Shown piece by piece: positions 47,766-59,200 of a DNA stretch of 64,000 nucleotides. The position numbers were made by a program, and so were the translations under genes. Position 1 is the first letter of the stretch, and the number at the start of each line of letters is the position of its first letter. Below the pieces are notes generated by a model. It was given only the letters and a program-made list of their open reading frames with translations. It ran no database searches and was not told the DNA's origin. Source of the DNA: Macrostomum lignano (Eukaryota); NCBI GenBank assembly GCA_002269645.1, contig NIVC01002063.1:124001-188000 (forward strand), in the 5' to 3' direction.

Positions 47766-48422
47766 CAAGTAAGGTACAAGTTTAGTAGCTCGTAAATTGC
47801 TATACTGAAGAAACATATAAGCGTAATTTATTGACAATATTTTCAATGGAGATAATGTACTAAAAAACGCGTTGCTGATCCTTTGGCGATTTTTACATCC
47901 CTACATTTATATAATTAATTACCACTAAAAAGTACATTGTTTTGTTTGTTATCGGCGCTGGTAAATGCTATATGTTTCAGCGGTGAAATTTTAATGTTGA
48001 AAAAATTGGTGACGGTACTAACTAACTGGCTTTGTTCTCGGTTCTGAATTATTTTTGTTGTAAAGAAATGTGACATTCAAATAATGAACACAATAAATTT
48101 TAAATTAGTAGCCAAACATTAATTAAATTTAGAATACGTGACAGAGGCACAAATATCAGATCTTTCACATATTTATTACGCCTCATGAATAAATATTCCA
48201 ATGGTTAATGAGCACTTAAAAAATTGTGTCACAATCAGTTTACAGCAACGAGTAAGTATAGTGTTACAATTTTGTTATTTGTATTGAAAAAATAATTGGC
48301 TTTAAAGCTAAAACGTTTAAATGGGTCGACTTTAATTATCGTCTAATAAATATTAACTTAAAAATAATACCTCCCTTGAACTCGAAGTCTCATATCAGAA
48401 AATTCGAACGGTGCAATTTTAA

Positions 48423-51400
48423 TCACGGCGAAGGCGTTTTGTAGACAATGAAGATGTGCTTTCCGTAGCGGAATACGAATGAGTAGCCGGGCTCGTGTCC
48501 GTAGTAGCACCAGAACTCGCCGTTGACCACGACCACGTGCCACAGGAAGCCGAGCTTGCTGTCTAGCTGGTTCTTGATCCACTTGGGCGCGTCCTGATAA
48601 ATTGTATGTATAGATTAAAATTTGGTAAGTCAGCAATGTACATTTAATATTGCAGGAAATGTTCATTGATCATTACAGGCAATGTAAATTTCAAACGGGC
48701 CACTTAAATAGTGAACAACAATTAGCGAAAAGAAATTTAAATTGTACTTAGTTGTACATTTTACTGAACATAATACGAACAGTTTCGGTATAGGCAGTAC
48801 CAATATAACTGTGATATATAATGGAGTCACTGAGCAGCTGTGGGTCAGGTAATCAGGGCTTGCCAAAAGGCGTTAGAATTGACCACTGCAAACAAAGTTG
48901 CTCGTATATTTTAGTGCGAGTATATCTATCATCAATCGTATCTATAATCAATCGTATCCATGATCAATCGTATCTATGATCGATCGTATCTATGATCAAT
49001 CGTATCTATGATCAATCGTATCTATGATCAATCGTATCTATGATCAATCGTATCTATGATCAACCGTATCTATGATCAACCGTATCTATGATCAACCGTA
49101 TCTATGACCAATCGTATCTATGATCAATCGTATCTATGATCAATCGTATCTATGATCAATCGTATCTATGATCAATCGTATCTATGATCAATCGTATATA
49201 TGATCAATCGTGTCTATGATCAATCGTATCTATGATCAATCGTATCTATGATCAATCGTATCTATGATCAATCATATTTATGATCAACCGTATCTATGAT
49301 CAATCGTATCTATGATCAATCGTATCTATGATCAATCGTATCTATGATCAATCGTATCTATGATCAATCGTATCTATGATCAACCGTATCTATGATCAAT
49401 CGTATCTATGATCAATCATATTTATGATCAACCGTATCTATGATCAATCGTATCTATGATCAATCGTATCTATGATCAATCGTATCTATGATCAATCGTA
49501 TCTATGATCAATCGTATCTATGATCAATCGTATCTATGATCAATCGTATATATGATCAATCGTATCTATGATCAATCGTATCTATGATCAATCGTATCTA
49601 TGATCAATCATATTTATGATCAACCGTATCTATGATCAATCGTATCTATGATCAATCGTATCTATGATCAATCGTATCTATGATCAATCGTATCTATGAT
49701 CAATCGTATCTATGATCAATCATATTTATGATCAACCGTATCTATGATCAATCGTATCTATGATCAATCGTATATATGATCAATCGTATCTATGATCAAT
49801 CGTATCAACGATCAATCGTATCTGTGATCAATCGTATCTGTTTATTCAAAGGATCATAATAAATTCAAAATTCGCAAACTAAATGACGCCGATACAAATT
49901 AGTTTTATCGTTTAAGAGATGAATACAAAGTAACCAATGCTATTTTAAGCTGAAGGACACCAAGCACTTCGCTATAGACAGCTGGAAGGAATTAAAAAGC
50001 TTATTTAAACTCGGCAACTCTAAGTGCCAGGCTTATAAATTTCATAGGATCGTCCAATTCGAAGAGCAATGAGATCAAATTCAGACACGAGGGACAGACT
50101 ATCTTGATTGCTCAGAACTCTGGAGTGACCGTGACGGACCTGAGCGGCTTGAAGTTGGTTCAAATCAAACCGAAAAGTCAAGTCAAGGGACTGGGCTACT
50201 ACAAATCCAACACTGTATATAAGCTGCTATGACCAAGTTGCCGACTTTGACACGGACACCGGAGAGATGAAGCATCTCACAAAGCCGATGTGGTACAATA
50301 ATTCCGAGCTAGGCAACCTGGTCATTTATGACAATCACTTGCTAGTGATAGACCTTCAGCAAAAACAGGTGCTCAGGTTGCGTAAGCACATCCACACCGA
50401 TGCTGATGCTGAACATCCTGCGATGACGTCACTTCCGCTCTGCAGCCCTCCTGAAGACACTGAGAGTACTGCTTGTGCATGTTCTTTCAATTGTTTGTTG
50501 CTTCGTCCGGATATGCATTAAGCCGATGTATCATTCAGGTTGGGTAATTTTATTAGACAGCCTGAGTTTTTCACATTGGAAGCTGAGACGACTCTTTCTG
50601 ATTGATAAAAAAGTGATTTAAAAACGCTTGGAAAAAGCACAGTTAAAATAGATTGCAAACAGGCATTTGCGCAAGGTGAAGGAATATTGATGCAGTGATA
50701 ATGCAGTGATTGATTTTGCAGTGATGAAGCAGGGATGAAGCAAGTGATGATGCAGTGATAATGCAGTGATTGATTTTGCAGTGATGAAGCAGGGATGAAG
50801 CAAGTGATGATGCAGTGATGATGCAGTGATGATGCAGTGATGATGCAGTGATGATGCAGTGATGATGCAGTGATGATGCAGTGATGATGCAGTGATGATG
50901 CAGTGATGATGCAGTGATGATGCAGTGATGATGCAGTGATGATGCAGTGATGATGCAGTGATGATGCAGTGATGATGCAGTGATGATGCAGTGATGATGC
51001 AGTGATGATGCAGTGATGATGCAGTGATGATGCAGTGATGATGCAGTGATGATGCAGTGATGATGCAGTGATGATGCAGTGCTATTGTACGCATAGAATA
51101 TAGCCTAAGCTGATGAACAGACAAGAAACAATAAAAATAAACTCGAACTCTCAGCAAACCTTCATATGCTGACTTAGCCGCAGGCCTTCAAGGCAGACCT
51201 CTGCCACAGTGGCCTGCATTGCCTGGTCCATGTCGCCCGAGATAAACTGCACCGAGTGACCGGAGTTTTCCTCGGGTCCCGAACTGCCTGCCGCCGACTT
51301 GGCCTGCAATTCTTGACGCCTGGAATGGCGATTTAAAAAATGACAGTAGTAAATAAAAATTTCAATAAAAGCATCAGGCATGGACACTACCAGCGCCTTG

Positions 51401-52189
51401 GAAGTTGGCGCATCTAAGCCAATTTTATTTTTGCAGCAAAATTTATAAATAATAACCATAGAAGATAAAAACTTGCATGCTTTCAACATTGAGCCCGAGG
51501 GTGTCGCAAAACGACTGCAGATCGATCAGGCCGCTGTTATCGCTGTCCAATATTCGCATCCACTTCTGCGATTTCAGGGGCGAGGAAAGGCGCATTGATT
51601 GTTGTGCATGGAAACTGCACGGAGACAGGCCCTGAGACAGGCACTGAGACAGGCACTGAGACAGGCACTGAGACAGGCACTGAGACAGGCACTGAGACAG
51701 GCACTGAGACAGGCACTGAGACAGGCACTGAGACAGGCACGGAGACAGGCACTGAGACAGGCACTGAGACAGGCACGGAGACAGGCACGGAGACAGGCAC
51801 TGAGACAGGCACTGAGACAGGCACGGAGACAGGCACTGAGACAGGCACTGAGACAGGCACGGAGACAGGCACTGAGACAGGCACTGAGACAGGCACGGAG
51901 ACAGGCATTGAGACAGGCACTGAGACAGGCACGGAGACAGGCACTGAGACAGGCACTGAGACAGGCACGAAGACAGGCACTGAGACAGGCACTGAGACAG
52001 GCACTGAGACAGGCACTGAGACAGGCACTGAGACAGGCACTGAGACAGACAAAGACGCAGACAAAGACTCACCCGCACAAAGCTGTCATCGCTGCCCTGC
52101 TGCTTCATGTAGGCGGCCAAATCGTTAGTGGCGATTGCGCCTCGACCTTCGCGATCCACGGCCAGCCAGGCGTCCTTGAACCCGTCCAT
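48423..52189 (-). CDS. Tegumental-allergen-like (TAL) protein: two EF-hands plus a C-terminal dynein-light-chain-like domain, about 178 aa. Exons (minus strand): 52189-52073, 51565-51477 (or 51473), 51319 (or 51303)-51160, 48593-48423
   Basis: EF-hand-like loops [12 protein letters not shown] and [12 protein letters not shown] followed by FCDTLGL. DLC-like half: [13 protein letters not shown], then [54 protein letters not shown]. The last exon is absent from the ORF track and was found by manual translation. Confidence 0.88.
48821..50521 (+). pseudogene. Nested two-exon gene or pseudogene antisense within TAL intron 3 (exons 48821-48848 and 50048 to about 50380/50521); one +1 frameshift near 50221
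   Basis: ATG GAG TCA CTG AGC AGC TGT GGG TCA G|GTAATC joins in phase to TTTCATAG|GA TCG. 60 open codons follow, then TGA at 50230, and coding-like sequence continues in the +1 frame (ORF 50267-50521). Confidence 0.45.
48925..49840 (+). repeat. 16-nt minisatellite (ATCAATCGTATCTATG, about 55 copies)
   Basis: Tandem array inside TAL intron 3 and inside the intron of the nested gene. Confidence 0.97.
50690..51080 (+). repeat. 11-nt minisatellite (GCAGTGATGAT) in TAL intron 3
   Basis: Tandem array. Confidence 0.95.
51615..52050 (+). repeat. 12-nt minisatellite (GAGACAGGCACT) filling TAL intron 1
   Basis: Tandem array. Confidence 0.97.
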
Positions 52190-52519
52190 TTAGAAGTCTT
52201 TGTCGTAGTATTATTTTGTTAACGAAAATTGTATTAACTCAGCTGTCCCGCTTGGCACTTGGAAGAAATGGGTTTAAACTGAGTTTTTATATACACGACA
52301 GCATCGCAACTGAGTTCATTGGCTGACCAATCTAACTAATGCTCAAATAAATTCTACGAGTATATTTAAGGAGTTGAAGATGGAGACACTTCTTGTCAAC
52401 ATTTTCCGGTGCAGTGTGCCGTTTGTTTGCTGACTGAGTTGCGGCTATGCGGCGTCTTGCTGGGTTGGGCGACTGGGCATGGGTGAGCAGAATATTGGAA
52501 TGCGCCTGGGATGGAATAC

Positions 52520-53580
52520 CTCTCTCTACCTCTCCCACTCTCGGAGTCTCTCCCTCTCTCTCTCCTTCTCCCTCTCTCTCTCTCCCTCTTTCCCTCTCTC
52601 TCTCCCTCTCCCTCCCTCTTTCCCTGTCTCTCTCCTTCTCCCTCTCTCTCCCTCTCCCTCCCTCTTTCCCTCTCTCTCTCCTTCTCCCTCTCTCTCTCCC
52701 TCTCTCTCTCCCTCTCTCTCTCCCTCTCTCTCTCCCTCTCTCTCTCCCTCCCTCTCTCCCTCTCTCTCTCCTTCTCCCCTCGCTCTCCCTCTCTCTCTCC
52801 CTCTCTCTCCCTCCCTCTCTCCCTCCCTCTCTCCCTCTCTCTCTCCTTCTCCCTCTCTCTCTCCCCCTCTCTCTCTCCCTCTCTCCCTCTCTCCCCCTCT
52901 CTCCTTTTCTCTCTCTCTGCCCGCCCCTCTCTCTCTCCCCTCTCTACCACTCCCTCTCCCTTTCTCTCTCTATCTCACCCTCTCCCTCTTTCTCTCTCTC
53001 TCTCTCTGCCTCTCCCTTACCCTCTCCCTCTTTCTCTCCCACTCTCTCTTCATCTCCTCATCTCCATTTCCTTCTAGCTCTGCAGCTCCTCCCTTCTGCA
53101 GCTCTGCAGCTCAATCTGCGCCCACTGTTTTGCGCAATCTCGCTTTAGCCAACCGGTTTTGGAATTTAGAGTCTTGACTCATAGTTGATGTACTTACAGT
53201 ATGCACATGCGCGGTCTCTCCCTCCCCCCCCCCACTTTTCGCTTATATTTATTTGTCTATTTATTTATTTGCTTCTCACCATAATTATATTCATTTTGCC
53301 CTGACGAAGAATTTCGTATTCGAAATATCGGCAACTAACTCCTTTTGAACTTTTTTGTTTGTCTTGGTGCTTTGCCGTGTCAGCGCCTTAGGGTTTGGAG
53401 GCTCTCCCTCTCTCTCCCTCTCTCCCTCTCTCTTTCCCTCTCTCTCCCTCTCTCTCCCTCTCTCCCTCTCTCTCTCTGCCTCTCCCTTACCCTCTCCCTC
53501 TTTCTCTCCCACTCCCTCTTCATCTCCCCATCTCCATTTCCTTCTAGCTCTGCAGCTCCTCCCTTCCGCAGCTCATCTGT
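52520..53580 (+). repeat. CT-rich low-complexity tracts (52520-53110 and 53400-53580) with a locally duplicated tail of about 110 nt
   Basis: CTGCCTCTCCCTTACCCTCTCCC...TTTCCTTCTAGCTCTGCAGCTCCTCCCTTC occurs near 53005 and near 53475. Confidence 0.9.
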
Positions 53581-54179
53581 TGCCCTATCTTTTTGTAATC
53601 AGCTCCTCAAAGCAATCCTGTGCCAGAGAATTTCTTTTTGCTAAAATTTCATCGAGCAATGATGCAATAAATGCAAGCCCAAAATGGTCCTGTGAATAAT
53701 TTTCACAATGCATTCCATTCTTTTGTACTGATGGTCAATAATAAAATACAAAAGGCACAGTTCTCAACAGCTGGTGTACGTGCCGTATCGCGATTAATAC
53801 TATAAAATATGGGCCAGCATCAAAGTGCCGTCTCTTCATCATCATTATCTACCTTGGTGTTGACTCAAGCTTCTCGGGCCTGAGCAGGTTAGCTAACTAA
53901 TCTGCAGATCTGTCTGATGTGATGAGACCACACACGAATATGCAAGCTGGCACAGGACCTGCATGCAAGTAAATTCTCGTCGGAATATAAGCACTGCAAT
54001 CTATTGACACAGAATAAGAATTTTTTATGGCTCTGATGAGCTGTGCCATATATAGGGGCTTGTCTTACTTGCTTGGCAATCGCTTGTTAATAATAAGCGA
54101 AGACTATATTCTGTCTTCAGTACTGACTTATTCCATGTCTAACACTAGATAGACACACCATTACAGCCTTTTCCGCCCC

Positions 54180-54825
54180 ATCAGTCCTTGAGAATCTGAC
54201 TCTCAGCTCCATCAGTCTTTGAGGATCTGCCACTCCGCTCCATCAGTCTCTGAGGATCTGAATCTCAGCTCCATCAGTCTTTGAGGATCTGACTCTCAGC
54301 TCCATCAGTCTTTGAGGATCTGAATCTCAGCTCCATCAGTCTTTGAGGATTTGAATCTCAGGATCTGAATCTCAGCTCCATCAGTCTCTGAGGATCTGAA
54401 TCTCAGCTCCATCAGTCTTTGAGGATCTGAATCTCAGGATCTGAATCTCAGCTCCATCAGTCTTTGAGGATCTGAATCTCAGGATCTGAATCTCAGCTCC
54501 ATCAGTCTTTGAGGATCTGAATCTCAGGATCTGAATCTCAGCTCCATCAGTCTTTGAGGATCTGAATCTCAGGATCTGAATCTCAGCTCCATCAGTCTTT
54601 GAGGATCTGAATCTCAGGATCTGAATCTCAGCTCCATCAATCTTTGAGGATCTGACTCTCAGCTCCATCAGTCTTTGAGGATCTGAATCTCAGCTCCATC
54701 AGTCTTTGAGGATCTGAATCTCAGGATCTGAATCTCAGCTCCATCAGTCTTTGAGGATCTGAATCTCAGCTCCATCAGTCTCTGAGGATCTGAATCTCAG
54801 CTCCATCAGTCTTTGAGGATCTGCT
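54180..54825 (+). repeat. 31-nt minisatellite (GGATCTGAATCTCAGCTCCATCAGTCTTTGA) with 45-nt variants from a duplicated 14-nt subunit
   Basis: Tandem array. Confidence 0.95.
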
Positions 54826-55289
54826 TCTCCCTCATCAAGTTTTTGTTTTTTTACAATTTTTGTTTTCTTTCAAGTTTTTGTTCAGTATTTCACAAACAAA
54901 GGACAAAAGGTGGCCGTAAAATGTTTCAATACCTACTAAGCAGCAACTAAGTAGTAAGTCGAAAACGTCAGCTTTGAATTGAGAATACAGTTCTATAGGT
55001 TAGGTTTATAGAAATCTTTGCATTGGAGTTGCTAAAACATTGGAATTTACTTTCTGGGAGAATTCTGGTTGCGGCCAGCAGTTTGTAATCGTTTGGCAAA
55101 CGTTTCAATTCGTAGCTTTAAAGTTTTATGAGCCAAATAATTAACTTAAATTCTTGGATTTTGTTTTAACTGTACTCACTACTAGCTAATTTAAATAGGG
55201 CAATGTAAAGCGAACTAGTGCGCAAAGTGAACAGAGAATGTATACGTGGATCCTGAAGTAAACACAGCTAGTGTTTAGTTTCGGGTTTA

Positions 55290-55630
<341 letters not shown>

Positions 55631-56254
55631 TTAGCTAGTTAGTTAGTTAAAAATTGCAATAATTAATTATTTAACATTTCATTAGCAAAATAAATATATA
55701 CCTTTATTTTCACTTCTCACTTTCAGGAAATAAAATCCTGGTTATGGTAATTCCCAGCAGTTATGGTAATTCCTGTCTAAGCTCACTGCCATATTTACAA
55801 AAGGAGGTCGAGCGAAGCCAAGGATCGAATATTTATTTGTGACTTTTTGATTTAACCGAATGCAGATTTATTCAACTGCTGCAGAAGTTACGAGCTATTA
55901 TCGCTAAATTTGGCAGATATAAAAATCAGAGAAAGAGCACATTGTAGTTCTGCTTATCTTATCTCTATTGGTTAGCGCTTTCTCATTTGGACTTCAACTG
56001 AACTGGTTGCTAGGGCGGGGGTGCCATGTAAATCTCAGAGCCACTCTCACCAGAGTCCTGAAACTTTAAAAAAAAAATAATTTCAGTCTGAACTGTTTGC
56101 AAGAACCTGCATGCAACCATGTGCGCTCTCTGAATTATTTGGCCAGATCTGCTTTTTAGAAATTTAACATTCCGCTTTGTGCGAGAAGACAATGGCCAAG
56201 GATAGACAAGAGGTAACTGTTTAAGTTGATCATTCCAAAAGAATTGGGGAATTA

Positions 56255-59200
56255 GACTGAGAGAGAGAATGGGCAATTAGGCTGACAGAGAATTGGGAAT
56301 TAGACTGACAGAGAATGGGGAATTAGATTGGGAGAGAATGGGGAATTAGACTGAGAGAGAGAATGGGGAATTAGACTGAGAGAGAATGGGGAATTAGACT
56401 GAGAGAGAGAATGGGGAATTAGACTGAGAGAGAGCGAATGGGGAATTAGACTGACAGAGAATGGGGAATTAGATTGAGAGAGAGAGAATGGGGAATTAGA
56501 CTGAGAGAGAATGGGGAATTAGACTGACAGAGAATTGGGAATTAGACTGAGAGAGAATGGGGAATTAGACTGAGAGAGAGTGTGGGGAATTCGACAGAGA
56601 CAATGGAGAATTAGACTCAGAGAGAGAATGGGGAATGAGACTGAGAGAGAATGGGGAATTAGACTGAGAGAGAATGGGGAATTAGACTGAGAGAGAGAGA
56701 ATGGGGAATTAGACTGAGAGAGGGTAAATGGGGAATTAGACTGACAGAGAATGGGGAATTAGACTGAGAGAGAATGGGGAATTAGACTGAGAGAGAGAGA
56801 ATGGGGAATTAGACTGAGAGAGAGTAAATGGGGAATTAGACTGACAGAGAATGGGGAATTAGACTGAGAGAGAGTAAATGGGGAATTAGACTGACAGAGA
56901 ATGGGGAATTAGACTGAGAGAGAGAATGGGGAATGAGACTGAGAGAGAATGGGGAATAAGACTGAGAGAGAGTGTGGGGAATTCGACAGAGACAATGGAG
57001 AATTAGACTCAGAGAGAGAATGGGGAATGAGACTGAGAGAGAATGGGGAATTAGACTGAGAGAGAGAGAATGGGGAATTAGACTGAGAGAGAGAGAATGG
57101 GGAATTAGACTGACAGAGAATGGGGAATTAGACTAAGAGAGAGAATGGGGAATATGACTGACAGAGAATTGGGAATTAGACTGAGAGAGAATGGGGAATT
57201 AGACTGAGAGAGAGTGTGGGGAATTCGACAGAGACAATGGAGAATTAGACTCAGAAAGAGAATGGGGAATGAGACTGAGAGAGAATGGGGAATTAGACTG
57301 AGAGAGAATGGGGAATTAGACTGAGAGAGAGAGAATGGGGAAATCAGACTGAGAGAGAGTGAATGGGGAAATAGACTGACAGAGAATGGGGAATTAGACT
57401 GAGACAGAGAATGGGGAATTAGACTGAGAGAGAGAATGGGGAATTAGACTGACAGAGAATGGGGAATTAGAATAAGAGAGAGAGTGGGGAATAAGACTGA
57501 CAGAGAATTGGGAATTAGACTGAGAGAGAATGGGGAATTAGACTGAGAGAGAGTGTGCGGAATTCGACAGAGACAATGGAGAAATAGACTCAGAGAGAGA
57601 ATAGGGAATGAGACTGAGAGAGAATGGGGAATTAGACTGAGAGAGAGAATGGGGAATGAGACTGAGAGAGAATGGGGAATTAGACTGAGAGAGAATGGGG
57701 AATTAGACTGAGAGAGAATGGGGAATTAGACTGAGAGAGAGAGAATGGGGAATTAGACTGAGAGAGAGTGAATGGGGAATTAGACTGACAGAGAATGGGG
57801 AATTAGACTGAGAGAGAGAATGGGGAATTAGACTGAGAGAGAATGGGGAATTAGACTGACAGAGAATTGGGAATTAGACTGAGAGAGAATGGGGAATAAG
57901 ACTGAGAGAGAGTGTGGGGAATTCGACAGAGACAATGGAGAATTAGACTCAGAAAGAGAATGGGGAATGAGACTGAGAGAGAATGGGGAATTAGACTGAG
58001 AGAGAATGGGAAATTAGACTGAGAGAGAGAGAATGGGGAATTAGACTGAGAGAGAGTAAATGGGGAATTAGACTGACAGAGAATGGGGAATTAGACTGAG
58101 AGAGAATGGGGAATGAGACTGAGAGAGAATGGGGAATTAGACTGAGAGAGAATGGGGAATTAGACTGAGAGAGAGAGAATGGGAAATTAGACTGAGAGAG
58201 AGTAAATAGGGAATTAGACTGACAGAGAATGGGGAATTAGACTGAGAGAGAATGGGGAATTAGACTGAGAGAGAATGGGGAATTAGACTGAGAGAGAGAG
58301 AATGGGAAATTAGACTGAGAGAGAGTAAATGGGGAATTAGACTGACAGAGAATGGGGAATTAGACTGAGAGAGAGTAAATAAGGAATTAGACTGACAGAG
58401 ATTGGGGAATTAGACTGAGAGAGAGAATGGGGAATGAGACTGAGAGAGAATGGGGAATTAGACTGAGAGAGAATGTGGAATTAGACTGAGAGAGAGAGAA
58501 TGGGGAATTAGACTGAGAGAGAGAGAATGGGGAATTAGACTGACAGAGAATGGGGAATTAGACTAAGAGAGAGAATGGGGAATATGACTGACAGAGAATT
58601 GGGAATTAGACTGAGAGAGAATGGGGAATTAGACTGAGAGAGAGTGTGGGGAATTCGACAGAGACAATGGAGAATTAGACTCAGAAAGAGAATGGGGAAT
58701 GAGACTGAGAGAGAATGGGGAATTAGACTGAGAGAGAGAGAATGGGGAATTAGACTGAGAGAGAATTGGGAATTAGACTGAGAGAGAATGGGGAATTAGA
58801 CTGAGAGAGAGTGTGGGGAATTCGACAGAGACAATGGAGAAATAGACTCAGAGAGAGAATGGGGAATGAGACTGAGAGAGAATGGGGAATTAGACTGAGA
58901 GAGAGAATGGGGAATGAGACTGAGAGAGAATGGGGAATTAGACTGAGAGAGAATGGGGAATTAGACTGAGAGAGAATGGGGAATTAGACTGAGAGAGAGA
59001 GAATGGGGAATTAGACAGAGAGAGAGTGAATGGGGAATTAGACTGACAGAGAATGGGGAATTAGACTGAGAGAGAATGGGGAATTAGACTGAGAGAGAAT
59101 GGGAAATTAGACTGACAGAGAATTGGGAATTAGACTGACAGAGAATGGGGAATTAGACTGAGAGAGAGAATGGGGAATTAGACTGAGAGAGAATGGGGAA

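Noticed and set aside
48358-48666. Supplied 102-aa minus-strand ORF
   Set aside because: Wrong frame; the real coding frame here is the TAL terminal exon 48593-48423
52396-53699. ER-rich and SL-rich ORFs
   Set aside because: Translations of CT/GA microsatellite
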